32,000 nucleotides of DNA from Candidatus Saccharimonadota bacterium (GTDB lineage: Bacteria; Pseudomonadota; Alphaproteobacteria; Rickettsiales; Anaplasmataceae), in NCBI RefSeq assembly GCF_013365475.1, contig NZ_CP046579.1, positions 300,001-332,000 of the forward strand, written 5' to 3'. The notes under the pieces were generated by a model. It did no database searches and had not been told where the DNA came from. It saw only the letters and a list, made by a program, of their open reading frames with translations. Made by a program: the position numbers and the translations under genes. Shown here piece after piece: positions 1 to 11,438 of the stretch. How positions within the stretch are numbered: position 1 is the stretch's first letter; the number at the start of each line of letters is the position of its first letter.

Positions 1-240
1 GCAAGTGCAAGTGCGATACGCACGAGCTATAAAGAATTCTGCTTTATCTATCAATAAGCATGATTTTGGTCAAATTAAGTTGCTATAGCTCAACAAATGC
101 TCAATACTGCAGAATAGAATCGCTAGGATTTGGTCTTTCATTATGCTTTACTTTAAGTATATATTTTTATCATCATATTTAATATGACCTTTTCAATATT
201 TTAGATATGTTTAACCTTACAAGTGATAATCTATAGCACA

Positions 241-2160
241 ATGGATAGTTATTTTTCACTGCTAAATCAAGAGCAGCAATTAGCTGTATCTAATGTAAAC
301 GGACCAATTTTAATATTGGCTGGTGCTGGAACTGGGAAAACGAAAACCCTTACTTCAAGGATAGCACATATAGTTAGAAATGGCTATGCTAGTCCTGATG
401 GAATATTAGCAGTTACATTTACTAATAAAGCTGCAAATGAAATGTTATCGAGAGTTTTTGAACTCACAGGTGTAAGCATACCATGGCTTGGTACCTTCCA
501 TGCAATTGCAGCGAAAATCTTACGCTGTCATGCTGAAGTCGTAGGTTTCAGTTCCAATTTTACCATCATTAGTATGGATGAACAATTACAGGTAATAAAA
601 AATATTATTAATGAAGTAAACTCTGATTACTCATTAGGAAAGTGTAAGACTGTTATGAGTATTATCCAGAAGTGGAAAGAGAAATGTTTATTCCCACATG
701 AGGTAGAGAGCATTCAATCATTTAGGTCTTTATATGTGACTGCACTTAAAATCTATTACCAGTACCAAGAAAGGTTAAGGTACCTTAATTCTCTTGATTT
801 TGGTGATTTACTATTATATAATATACAGCTTTTTAAGCAAAAGGCTAAAACCTTATCATACTACCAAAACAAGTTCAAGTACATTATGGTAGATGAGTAC
901 CAAGACACAAATGCAATACAATATCTTTGGCTAAGGTATTTAGCAAGAGGACATTCAAATATTTGCTGTGTAGGGGATGATGATCAATCAATATACAGTT
1001 GGCGCGGTGCAGAAATTGAAAATATTCTGAAATTTTCTGATGATTTTAAAAATACAAAAACCGTTAAGTTGGAGTATAACTATAGATCGACATATCACAT
1101 ACTCGCGACTGCATTATATGTTATTAATCATAATAAAACACGCTTAGAAAAAAAGTTATGGACAACAAATTCTGATGGAGAAAAGGTAAATCTAGTAAAA
1201 TTATGGGATAGCAAAGCTGAAGCAAAGTTCATAAGTAAATGGATATTAAATCTTGGTAAGTATAGATTTAATGAAGTTGCCGTACTGGTAAGAGCTACTT
1301 TTCAAACTAGAATTTTGGAAGAGTATTTTATGAAATATTCAATTCCATATAAGATTATAAGCGGTGTAAAATTCTATGAGCGGAAGGAAGTTAGAGACAT
1401 AATTGCATATCTAAGGCTTGTTATAAACAACAATGATGACTTAGCTTTTGAAAAGGTTGTGAATCTTCCAAAGAGAAACATAGGGAATATGACTCTAAAA
1501 AAGATATATATGATTGCTCAAGATAATAAGACTTCTTTTTTTGAAGCGGCAAAAGCCTTGGTTAAAGACAATCAGATCACTGGGAGAATTAAGCTATCAC
1601 TCAATGATTTTCTAAATAAGATTGATATTTGGAAAGAGATAGCAAATGTAAAACCATTACATAAATTTGTTGAAATTCTGATAAATCAATCAGGATACAT
1701 AAAAATGCTTGAAAATGTAGAGGAGATGACAGGTATAGCTCGGATAGAAAACATTAAAGAGCTTATTTCATCTCTGAAAAATTTCGATAATGTTACAGCT
1801 TTTTTGGAACATATAAGCTTAGTGATGGATGTGGATAACATGGGTAGTGGAGATAATGTATACATTATGACTCTTCATGCAGCTAAAGGACTTGAATTTC
1901 CATGTGTATTTTTACCTGGTTGGGAAGAAGGATTATTCCCACACCAAAAATCTTTTGAAGATAAAAGTGGTAGAGCTTTAGAGGAAGAAAGAAGGCTCGC
2001 ATATGTTGGAATAACCAGAGCAAAAGAGAGATTAATTATTTCATGTGTAAGCAGAAGAGAAATGAATAATCAATGGCAATCAATGTATACTTCGAGATTC
2101 ATCAAAGAACTACCGAATGAGAATGTTGAGATAATTAAGAATAGCATTGACTACTGCTAA
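241..2160 (+). CDS. uvrD: ATP-dependent DNA helicase, superfamily 1 (UvrD/Rep/PcrA type)
   Basis: The long ORF carries a Walker A motif (AGAGTGKTKT), motif II (VDEYQDTN), and YNYRS, TLHAAKGLEF and VGITRAK helicase motifs. The ORF track starts at GTG 223. The first ATG (241, MDSYFSLLNQEQQ) sits at the usual distance from the Walker A, so I prefer it. Confidence 0.9.
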   Translation: MDSYFSLLNQEQQLAVSNVNGPILILAGAGTGKTKTLTSRIAHIVRNGYASPDGILAVTFTNKAANEMLSRVFELTGVSIPWLGTFHAIAAKILRCHAEVVGFSSNFTIISMDEQLQVIKNIINEVNSDYSLGKCKTVMSIIQKWKEKCLFPHEVESIQSFRSLYVTALKIYYQYQERLRYLNSLDFGDLLLYNIQLFKQKAKTLSYYQNKFKYIMVDEYQDTNAIQYLWLRYLARGHSNICCVGDDDQSIYSWRGAEIENILKFSDDFKNTKTVKLEYNYRSTYHILATALYVINHNKTRLEKKLWTTNSDGEKVNLVKLWDSKAEAKFISKWILNLGKYRFNEVAVLVRATFQTRILEEYFMKYSIPYKIISGVKFYERKEVRDIIAYLRLVINNNDDLAFEKVVNLPKRNIGNMTLKKIYMIAQDNKTSFFEAAKALVKDNQITGRIKLSLNDFLNKIDIWKEIANVKPLHKFVEILINQSGYIKMLENVEEMTGIARIENIKELISSLKNFDNVTAFLEHISLVMDVDNMGSGDNVYIMTLHAAKGLEFPCVFLPGWEEGLFPHQKSFEDKSGRALEEERRLAYVGITRAKERLIISCVSRREMNNQWQSMYTSRFIKELPNENVEIIKNSIDYC

Positions 2161-2165
2161 AATGT

Positions 2166-2194
2166 AAGCCTTAACTCCCTTAAGGGGCTTTTAT
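2166..2194 (+). terminator. Imperfect hairpin plus short T-run between convergent uvrD and qor, overlapping the qor stop codon
   Basis: aagccttaa (2166-2174), loop ctccc, ttaaggggctt (2180-2190, with a GG bulge), followed by ttat. The stem is low-GC and only 19 bp separate the two stop codons. Confidence 0.3.
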
Positions 2195-3157
2195 GATATT
2201 TAACCCAGCTGTTTTTCTATTTTCCATATCAAGGTGAGCTTTTATTATCTCATCGAATTTATACTTTTTATTAATCCTTACATTCAAAGTCTTTTTTTTG
2301 ATCATCTCAAAGATTTCTACTGCAGTAAGTACTAGTGTGAATCTGTTATGCTTATAATGATATATTGATGTTCCTGTAGCAAATAGTGAACGTGAACTAA
2401 GCAAAGAGAAGCTAATAGAAGCACTACCTGATATCTCTCCATAGGAGACATATATGCCAAATTCTCCTAGAGAATTGAAAGAAAGTTTCCTTGTAGTATA
2501 GCCTATAGGATCATATACTGCACCTACTCCTTTACTTTGTGTAATCTCCATGACCTTAGGAATAAAGTTATTGTCGTGGTAATTTATTGCGTACCTGCAG
2601 CCATTTTGTAAAGCTATCTTTATTTTTTCATCAGAACTTACGGAACCTATCACTACTCCTTTTTTGTTACTTGCCCATTGACATATTATCTGTCCTAATC
2701 CTCCACTAGCTCCATGTACAAGAACAACAGCACCAGGCTTTATTTTATAAGATTGGTTGACTAAATAGTGAGCTGCCATGCCTTTGAATAGTACTGCTGC
2801 TGCAATTTCATCCGATATTTCGTCTGGAATCTTTACCAAGTATTTCTGGTGTATGATACGCCTCTCACAATATGCCCCAGGTGGAGCTGTGCAATATCCA
2901 ACCCTATCCCCAATCTTTAGATAGTTGCTTGTTTCATTACCAAGCTTTTCAACAACACCAACTGCCTCTACTCCAAGTACTGAAGGAAAATTTTTAATTT
3001 CACGAATGCCTTTTCTATGCTCAAGATCGTAACGATTTAAACCTATAGCTGTATGACGTACCAAAACCTCTTCGCTTTTTGGCTCACTTATATTTTTATT
3101 AACAAACTCTAGTACTTCTATTCCTCCGGTTTTTTTAATTTGTACAGCTCTAATCAT
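2180..3157 (-). CDS. qor: NADPH:quinone oxidoreductase (zeta-crystallin / MDR family)
   Basis: 325-aa ORF with ATG start. It has an MDR-family fold pattern (VRHTAIGLNRYDLEHRKG), the nucleotide-binding motif VHGASGGLGQ, and no zinc-ligand signature of classical ADHs. Confidence 0.85.
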   Translation of the reverse strand: MIRAVQIKKTGGIEVLEFVNKNISEPKSEEVLVRHTAIGLNRYDLEHRKGIREIKNFPSVLGVEAVGVVEKLGNETSNYLKIGDRVGYCTAPPGAYCERRIIHQKYLVKIPDEISDEIAAAVLFKGMAAHYLVNQSYKIKPGAVVLVHGASGGLGQIICQWASNKKGVVIGSVSSDEKIKIALQNGCRYAINYHDNNFIPKVMEITQSKGVGAVYDPIGYTTRKLSFNSLGEFGIYVSYGEISGSASISFSLLSSRSLFATGTSIYHYKHNRFTLVLTAVEIFEMIKKKTLNVRINKKYKFDEIIKAHLDMENRKTAGLNIIKAP

Positions 3158-3365
3158 AGTGAATATTGAGAGAACTTTGATTATATTATATAGTAGCTAG
3201 CATCTTGTAAAATTGTTTATAAGAATGTAACTAATAGTCTAGACATTAGCAGTAGGTAATTGTAAGTCATGGATACGATAGATATATTAATGAGAGGCAT
3301 AAGACTTAATTGATTAAGGTAAGTTGCCAGCAAATTTTTAAAACGCATTAAAATTAATGTAAAAG

Positions 3366-3439
3366 TCGGGGCAGAGAGATTTGAACTCCCGACCCTTTGG
3401 TCCCAAACCAAATGCGCTACCAGGCTGCGCTATGCCCCG
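3366..3439 (-). tRNA. tRNA-Pro (anticodon UGG)
   Basis: The reverse complement folds as a 74-nt cloverleaf: acceptor CGGGGCA/TGCCCCG, D stem GCGC/GCGC, anticodon stem TTTGG/CCAAA with loop TTTGGGA (TGG), T arm GGGAG-TTCAAAT-CTCTC, discriminator A. No CCA is encoded. Confidence 0.95.
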
Positions 3440-5275
3440 CTCCCTTTATTTAGAATACAAATTAGATGTATAAAATGCAAGGTTCATTCACATACTGAGA
3501 AGTATTTCATTTGTAAATGTCTTTTGTTCTGTACCACATTATATCTTTTGGATTCCATTTAAATTTCATTTTATAAGAAATTATTTGTCTTATTTTTAAT
3601 ACTCTTGCAAGTTATACAACTAAAATGATACATTAATAATTTCCTACTATTCTATATTTGATAGAAACTAAGTTTACTTTTAAAGTAATGATTTAGTCTC
3701 TACTCTCGATTATTCTACCTTATTGTCATGATTACATCCTATTTCGTATTTATGTTTTATCATCTCACACTAATATTTTTTAGTGTTATTCCATAGCTGT
3801 TATTACATTAATTTCTGATTTATATTTATTTATTTTTTGCCATCCAATCCTATACCAAGATTAACTTTAGCGTATATAAATTTTTACTTTAATGAATTGA
3901 TTAGTATTTTTTTATTTTATACTCTACTGTATCCATATAGTAAGTTTTTGTGCTTTCTATTACCACAGTTCCAATATATGTTAGTTCTTGCTATGCTGCA
4001 CATTTTCTGTATTGTAGTATTATTGTAAAATGAATTCTTTCTTTTCTAGAAAATCTATTTCTCATCAGAAATATGCTTGTCATATCACTTTTTGCCTTTT
4101 ATTTTAAAGGATACTCTACTTGATCAGGGAATAGAATTTATAATATCTTGAAATCTGAAATCTTATCTAGAGTAACAGTTAGATTACATATATGAAACAT
4201 TGTGCTGGCTAAGGGAAGTAAATTAGGCCTAAATTCCAGCAGAAGAGTACAGTTTTTGTATGTTATACAACTTTCATATTTCATTTAATGCTAGATCAAT
4301 GTTATGTTATAATGTATATTATCGCATATCATTAGCAAGTTCTCTAGTATATAAAAGATTTCTATGGTATATTCTTCCAGAAGCTTTAGTAGGTCCTTGT
4401 ATTCTAGTTGGCTTTCATATACTTATTGATGTTATCAAAAGACTTTACATCTTCATGTCTCCATCAGTAGGTAACGAAAAAGTATCAATAAATCATACAT
4501 AGACTAATAGATAAATATGGCTATAGAGTTATCAAAATTTGTGCTGTCAAGTACATAACTAGTAGTGAACTTTGCTCTTTTTTGAAATACATGTACTATA
4601 TACCGTAAGTCCATAAGTACTAATTTAGCTATCTCATCTAGTGAAAAGGATATTATTAGAGTTGCTATTTTTATAGCATATAAAAATATTAATGAATTCA
4701 CAATCTATTGCTACCATGTTTCAAAATTTGCTATAGAACATTTGTTTGCATTGGTTAATAACGTAAACAAAAGCAAAATGAGCTAGATTATAAAGATATA
4801 GAAGTGACTAACCAATAATGGTTTTAGATAAGTCTTGGAACAAATACTTCAATATTTCCCTTATAGAACATCATATAATTGTTTTTGGTGTGTCGTATTA
4901 CACAATAGTTCGATTTGCTTATCAAGTTTTGTTAATATTAACGTTATATTTTGTATTCACTATGCGAGTTGTAGATAGCATTTTGTTGCTAGTTATTTAG
5001 CTTTCTAGTGAAGATCTTTTCACAAATATGCAAGTGGATTTGCCAAGTAAGGAAGAAAAGGAACATAAAAACTAAGTAATCTTACAGTACCTTTGTATAC
5101 TCTGTATAAATCACTTTGATATCTTCTTTAGTACTATTGATTTACCTTTATAAGCTAGTTATATAGTATATATGTTATTGAATAGGCATAAGTATGTTAG
5201 TTTGATGGTATTGATCTCTTGTCTTACTCTGTTATTTGGATTAATATAGACAGTCATTTTCTAATAAGAAAAGTT

Positions 5276-6652
5276 ATGTCAACACCAATCACGGTTGCGT
5301 ATGGTGATGGTATCGGACCAGAAATTATGGAGATGGTACTATCAGTATTGTGCAAGGGCAGGGGGCAAAAATTTCAGTGGATATTATTGAAATAGGAAAG
5401 CTTCTTTACTATAAGAGATGGTCTCACGGGATTTCTCCAAGTGGATGGAAGTCTATTAAAAGGACAAAGATATTGCTTAAGTCTCCGACAACAGCTCCTC
5501 AGGGTGAAGGGACATAAAAGTTTAAATGTTACGCTTAGAAAAAATCTTGGACTATATGCAAACATCAGGCCATATATTTCGTATCATCCTATTATAGAAA
5601 GTAGGTTCAACAAATTTGATATCATTATAATATGTGAGAATGAGGAAGACATTTACACAGAGATAGAGTATAGGCTTACTGGTGACTCTTACCAATGCGC
5701 TAAGATTATTACTAAGTCCAACTTAGAGAAGATATGCAGATATGCTTTTGAATATGCGAAAAAGCATAATAGAAAGAAAGTAACTTGTTTAACTAAAGAT
5801 GTCATAATGAAAATGACAGATGGTACTTTCCACTCAGTATTTAACAGAATTGCAAAAGATTACAGTCTTATAAAATCAGAACATTATAAGTCGATATTGG
5901 AATAGCACGTGTTGCCACAGAGCCTGAAAATTTTGACGTTATAGTAGCCGGAAACTTGTATGGTGATATATTATCAGATATAATGGCACAAATTTCTGGT
6001 TCTGTGGGATTAGCTGGAAGTAGTAATGTTGATAGTGAATATGCAATGTTTGAAACAGTTCATGGTTCTGCTCCTGATATTGCAGGAAAGAACATGGCTA
6101 ATCCTTCCGGTCTTTTAAATGCTGCAGTCCATATGCTGATTTACATAGGTCAAGTAAGTGCTGCAAAGTTAATTTACAATGCGTGGCTAAAAACTCTGGA
6201 AGATGGCATACATACTGCTGATTTTTATAAGGAAGGAAAGAGCAAACAGAAAGTTAGTACAAGGGAATTTGCAGAAGCTGTTGTGAATAATTTTGGAAAA
6301 AATCCTAAAACTTTGCGTGGATTTCTCATCAATGATTCAGCAAAGATAGTAGTAAAGTGAGTGAGGCGTGTGATGATTATAGAAAGGACTACAAGGTTAG
6401 GGAGTTGGTTGGTAGTGATATAACAATTGCCTGGAATAGATCAGAAGGTCTTGATCGTCTGGTGAGGTTATTTGCATTAGGCAATCCGAAAATTATAGCA
6501 ATATACTCAAAAGGGCTTGCAATTTGGCCAGGAGGCTCAAAATCTTTAAGCGACCAAATAACTTGCTAATCAAACTTGAAGAAAACAGCTTTGATGTAGT
6601 AAGAATAGATAAATTATATTTATATGATGGGGAAGAAGGTTTTTTTGTTTAG
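5276..6652 (+). pseudogene. icd: Isocitrate dehydrogenase (NADP), Rickettsiales-type long form: multi-frameshifted pseudogene
   Basis: ICD-like sequence can be followed through six reading segments in different frames. These are MSTPITVAYGDGIGPEIMEMVLSVLCKG (from 5276); AKISVDIIEIGKLLYYKRWSHGISPSGWKSIKRTKILLKSPTTAPQGEG (stop 5515-5517); HKSLNVTLRKNLGLYANIRP...ICENEEDIYTEIEYR...EHY (stop 5903-5905); VDIGIARVATEPENFDVIVAGNLYGDILSD...HGSAPDIAGKNMANPSGLL... (stop 6358-6360); ...ELVGSDI...IYSKGLAIWP...SDQITC (stop 6567-6569); NLLIKLEENSFDVVRIDKLYLYDGEEGFFV (stop 6650-6652). Confidence 0.9.
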
Positions 6653-7536
6653 TTAATTGTCAATCACTTTATGCCTGTATTAGGTACATATTATTTGTAT
6701 GTAGTGTAGTATATTAGCATTTTCAACAACTAGACAATATTTAGATGGCAGTGTTTTTAATGTATTGAGAATAAAAGTTTGTTAGATATAAGTAAGGTTT
6801 ACTATTTTTAGTTAATTCTTGAAGAAGTAATATGTGAAATTGTTTTTGTAAATTGTTTTTATGAGTGTAAGCAGGAATATGTTTGACCAAATTTATAAAG
6901 CTCACCAAGAGTTAAAGAAAAGGGGCTTTTGTCCCTTTGTTAAGATAAGCATTAATGCTGAAAATGATTGATATTTTGCATCATATTGGTTCTAGTGGGA
7001 AATTATTTAAAAATTGAGCATCCCTAAAAGGGAAATAATCAGGAGATTACAATAAATTAATGTCTGTATTTTAAAAAGTGGACTTCTTGCCTGGAAAGGC
7101 TCAGAAAAATATTTAGCTATACAGAGAAATTTTACCTGTTTCAGTGCTTTTTCTATTTACTTCTTAGTAAATCTTATTACTGAAAGGCTACTCTAGGTGT
7201 AAGTATGTTTTCTCTATTTGTATTAATAATATTAGTTGGAGTTCTAGCTTGTTGTTTCTAAAAAAGTTGAGAAATATATGTTAAAAAATATGAAAAAGTT
7301 TTGCTGAAGATTTAGGAAATAGAATCCAAAATGGAGCTAATCTATGAAATTAGTTCAATTCTTAAAGCTGTAATGCCTGTTGTTAGAAAATATTTTGTAG
7401 ATGCGACTAGTAATCAACTGAAAGTGACTTCTATGAGCAAACTTGTTTATTCAACGATAACACTAAGCAATAGTACAAGCCTCAAGTGATTTGATTTACA
7501 TGATAAACAGTGTAATATAAGCTTTTAGCTCTATAA

Positions 7537-8169
7537 ATGGACTTAAAGAAAATAGAATTAGTGTTCGAAAAGTTCAGTCAATCGAATCCTACACCAAAAA
7601 TAGAATTAAACTATACCAATCATTTTACATTGCTAACTGCGCTGATTTTATCAGCTAGAGCAACTGATGTGAGTGTTAATAGAATTACAAAAGAGCTATT
7701 TAGTATTGCTGATACACCGGAGAGGATGCTAATCCTCGGGCAAAATGAGCTAAGGAAGCGCATAAATAGCATCGGTTTATGTAATTCTAAAACAAAAAAT
7801 ATAGTTAAGCTCAGCAAAATATTAGTTGAGCAGTACAATAGTAAAGTTCCTACAAATTTTGAAGACTTGCTTTCTTTACCAGGAGTAGGAAGGAAGAGTG
7901 CTAATGTATTCTTAAATTCCGTGCTTGGCATTCCAACATTGGCAGTTGACACCCACGTTTTTAGGGTGAGCAATAGAATTGGACTTGTAAAAGAAAAAGA
8001 TGCGTTCAAAACGGAGCAATCTCTTTTGGATTTAATTCCAAGGAAATATCTATTTTATGCTCATCGCTGGCTAGTTTTGCATGGTAGATATACTTGCAGA
8101 GCACAAAAACCATTGTGTAGGGCGTGCATAATTCATGACCTATGTGAGTTTGAGGGAAAAAAGGTGTAA
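7537..8169 (+). CDS. nth: Endonuclease III (DNA-(apurinic/apyrimidinic site) lyase)
   Basis: 210 aa. It has the helix-hairpin-helix LPGVGRKSANV, the catalytic region VDTHVFRVSNRIG, and a C-terminal 4Fe-4S ligand pattern C-x6-C-x2-C-x5-C (CRAQKPLCRACIIHDLC). Confidence 0.93.
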   Translation: MDLKKIELVFEKFSQSNPTPKIELNYTNHFTLLTALILSARATDVSVNRITKELFSIADTPERMLILGQNELRKRINSIGLCNSKTKNIVKLSKILVEQYNSKVPTNFEDLLSLPGVGRKSANVFLNSVLGIPTLAVDTHVFRVSNRIGLVKEKDAFKTEQSLLDLIPRKYLFYAHRWLVLHGRYTCRAQKPLCRACIIHDLCEFEGKKV

Positions 8170-8598
8170 TTTTAGTACCTTTCATAGTTTCATAAATATT
8201 TGGGTTTTAAGTTTGTCAAAGAAGTATTATCCAAAGCAGTTTAACCTTATGCCTAGAAGGCTTACTTTCAGCCAAGTGAATGTGTAATAAAGGCTCACTC
8301 TGCATTAAGTATTATGAATTGATTTTTATTTATGAAACTTATAGATTGAGAAAAGGTGTTAAAATAGCTCTATAGTAGGTAGCTACATGCTCATCAGTTT
8401 GCATTTTCTTTTATATTGTCTTCAAATAACCTATAAGTACACTTTCATCATAAAGCTTCTGGACGGAATTTAGTAAAGACATAAGATGTACATAAAAGAG
8501 ATTGAATATGAGACATTTTCTGTGCACACTTTTGCTATCCAAATTACTAATGGATAGTTGAATGCCTTTGGTTAGAAAAAGTAGTATAGTAAAATTTA

Positions 8599-9924
8599 TC
8601 AAGTAATCTTTATACCTAATTTTTCCTTTGGTTTCGATTTTCTCATAAAGTTTCTGCTAGATCGAGACCTTTTTTCAATTAAGTCACGAAAGTGTCTTAT
8701 TAATCCTTGAACTGGCCAAGCTGCAGCGTCACCAAGTGCACAGATTGTATGTCCTTCTATTTGAGTTGTAAGATTGAGTAACTTATCTATTTCATCGAGA
8801 TTAATTTGTCCTATTACCATTCTTTTCATGATTCTCCATACCCATCCAGTACCTTCACGACATGGTGTACATTGTCCGCATGATTCATGCATATAGAAGT
8901 GTGACAACCTCTCTATTGCAGCTATTATATCAGTTGATTTATTCATTACTATTATAGCTCCAGTACCAAGTCCTGACTGTACAGCTCTTAATGAATCAAA
9001 ATCCATTTCAATGGTGTCACATATAGATTTTGGAATTAATGGAACTGAAGATCCACCTGGTATTACAGCAAGCAAATTATCCCAGCCCCCTTGCACTCCA
9101 CCTGCATATCTTTCAATTAATTCACGTAGTGGAATTCCTAGCTCCTCTTCAACGTTACATGGATTATTTACGTGTCCTGAAATGCTAAAAATCTTAGTAC
9201 CAGTATTGTTTGGTTTCCCAAGAGATGCAAACCACCATCCTCCGCGACGCAAAATATCTGGAACCATAGCTATGGTTTCAACGTTATTTATTGTAGTTGG
9301 GCAGCCAAAAAGTCCAACATCTGCAGGAAATGGTGGCTTCATGCGAGGGAAGCCCTTTTTCCCTTCAATTGATTCAAGTTGAGCTGTTTCTTCTCCACAT
9401 ACGTAGGCTCCTGCTCCTCTATGAATAAATATGTCAAGGTTATGACCTGAGTTACAAGCATTTTTCCCAATTAAGCCTTCTTGGTAAGCTTCCTTAAGTG
9501 CTTTTTTTAAAATTAGGTACTCGTTGTAAAATTCACCTCTGATATAAATATATGCAGTTGATGCGTTGATTGCTTTGCTAGCTAAGAGAATCCCTTCAAG
9601 TAATTTATGTGGCTCATACCTCAATATATCTCTATCTTTGCATGTGCCTGGTTCTGATTCATCTGCGTTGACTACTAAATACACAGGTTGCCCTTTTGAG
9701 GGATTTCTAGGCATAAAGCTCCACTTAAGACCTGTTGGAAATCCTGCACCTCCTCTACCTCTTAAGCCAGACTTTTTTACCTCATTGATGATCTTCTCAG
9801 ACCCTAAATCTAATAACTCTTTTGTTTTTTGCCAACTGCCAAGCTTTTTTGCACTTTCAAGAAGTGGAGTTTCTTTACCATTTAGATTTGTAAATATTTT
9901 ATTTTGTTCCTTTAACATATCCAT
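8599..9924 (-). CDS. nuoF: NADH-quinone oxidoreductase subunit F
   Basis: 441 aa. It has the FMN/NADH site [16 protein letters not shown] and the N3 cluster motif [12 protein letters not shown]. The start may be the third codon ([12 protein letters not shown]). It carries a Lys/Arg/Ser-rich C-terminal tail ([24 protein letters not shown]). Confidence 0.95.
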   Translation of the reverse strand: MDMLKEQNKIFTNLNGKETPLLESAKKLGSWQKTKELLDLGSEKIINEVKKSGLRGRGGAGFPTGLKWSFMPRNPSKGQPVYLVVNADESEPGTCKDRDILRYEPHKLLEGILLASKAINASTAYIYIRGEFYNEYLILKKALKEAYQEGLIGKNACNSGHNLDIFIHRGAGAYVCGEETAQLESIEGKKGFPRMKPPFPADVGLFGCPTTINNVETIAMVPDILRRGGWWFASLGKPNNTGTKIFSISGHVNNPCNVEEELGIPLRELIERYAGGVQGGWDNLLAVIPGGSSVPLIPKSICDTIEMDFDSLRAVQSGLGTGAIIVMNKSTDIIAAIERLSHFYMHESCGQCTPCREGTGWVWRIMKRMVIGQINLDEIDKLLNLTTQIEGHTICALGDAAAWPVQGLIRHFRDLIEKRSRSSRNFMRKSKPKEKLGIKIT

Positions 9925-11438
9925 TTGGGCTTAAGAAGTTAATAATGCTAAAAACAGAAGCTCCTATGCTACTTTATTTGTTGATAATAAAGCTTAAAGA
10001 TATATTTTATAGTTAATAGCTTATCTAAGAATATATACCTTATTAAAAACTTACAATGAAAATTAACAAGTGGTTGCTATACAAGAGCTAAGTGTCCCCA
10101 AAGGGAAGGGTTTCTAGAAGAGACAGAGACTTTCAGAGAATATATTAATATGAGAATTAAAGTACCAGTAGAACAAAATCAGTGCGATAAAAACATCGAT
10201 GTCATTTTGTCGAACTGCTACAGAATATTTATCCATCAAGTAGTGTTGCTGAAAGATAAATGAGACTTTTAGGTTATCTTGTTGCTTTTATAGCTATTTA
10301 ATTCTTATGCTACAGGTCAATACTTTTAATTCATGTGGTTGTGTATAGAAATATTAATGATCAGTATCAGTTTCTTCTGTTTTGTTCTATATATCTCTGC
10401 CATAGAATAACTAGCGCTTAGTTGTAGATATTTAAAAACTTCTCGCTAAGTGTTAACTGCAGAAGTTGAATTTATATTTTAAGAATTAAATTACTATATC
10501 TACCATGAGTTTATGTACCATTAACATGAAAGTGGTAAGGGAATATAATCATTACACCAACTTTAATTTCTGGTGTAATCACGGACTTTTTAGAAAATCT
10601 GAGTAAGCAATCGATAGTTTAAAGTAAGATTAGTTTATTAGTTAAAATATTTGTGTAGAGATGTTTCCGACTTTTTTACTGACTTTACTAAGCATAGACT
10701 TGAATTGCTTAAGCGATTCTACCTTTATAAAATAGTACTTCTACAATCTAGCAGATATGACAAAATTAAATTTTGTACTTTTAAAGTAGGTATTCTTTTT
10801 TCTACTATCTTGGAATCCATATTGAAATTTTCATATTTGGGTTTTTGTAGATGTTGACGTATCTTCTTTTGGTAACTAAGCAAGGAATGGTGTATGTTTT
10901 CTGTTTTAAAGCTAGCTTCCTTTTAGTTCCGCTTTTCTAGTGTAACTTATTATATAGAACTTTTAACTTTACTTATATCAGAATTAATGCCATGTATTTT
11001 TGATCTGGATAGTAATGAGGAAAAGTACTTACGACTATCTCATAGTAATTTTTTTGCAAACTTACTGCTAAAACCTAAAAACACTGTATTGATTTTATCA
11101 TTAGATAAGTGATAGGTTATAACTGTTTTATTAACTATTAGGAAAACCTTAAAGCAAAACTACATCTGAAATGTATTAGGGCGCGTCATATTTTAATCTT
11201 GGATAAGGTGGATAGTTTTTCTTATCCTTTTCTAGAAAAACAATTGGCTAAATGAATATCTTCTTTACTGAAGAAATCAACAAATAAATGATGATCCTGA
11301 TGCTCTATTAATATCCTATTTAGACTCATTATAGCCAATGAACCATTTCTAGGTTTTAAATTTGATTTCAAGAGCTATGAACTAGTGTTCATGAAATAAG
11401 CTGAAAATAAGTAAATTTACCTTAACTATTTTGCAATG

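Noticed and set aside
1-222. The relatively GC-rich first ~57 nt could be the 3' end of a + strand gene (…ASASAIRTSYKEFCFIYQ*, stop 55-57) or the 5' end of a minus-strand gene (…IDKAEFFIARAYRTCTC running off the window)
   Set aside because: There is too little sequence inside the window to choose between the two readings or to assign a product.
3217-3411. 64-aa ORF, and likewise the 99-aa ORF at 24361-24660
   Set aside because: Both run through tRNA genes (tRNA-Pro, tRNA-Thr). The peptide segments such as GSSNLSAP and AQMVEHV are just translated tRNA sequence.
3837-5000. Spacer ORFs 3837-4028, 4260-4502, 4504-4701 and 4818-5000, and similarly 10651-10857, 24807-25106, 24966-25169 and 26594-26836
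   Set aside because: They are 60-99 codons long and dominated by Phe/Leu/Ile/Tyr/Asn, as expected from AT-rich non-coding DNA. They have no motifs, no ribosome-binding sites, and overlapping partners on the other strand. They may be annotated as hypothetical proteins elsewhere, but I cannot support them.
6861-6971. 36-codon ORF MSVSRNMFDQIYKAHQELKKRGFCPFVKISINAEND, vaguely reminiscent of the N-terminus of alpha-oxoamine synthases (ALA synthase/BioF type: L..LK..G.YR.F)
   Set aside because: The resemblance rests on a few residues. The key YR is not conserved, and the downstream sequence shows no continuation of the family (no NDYLG-type motif) in any frame.
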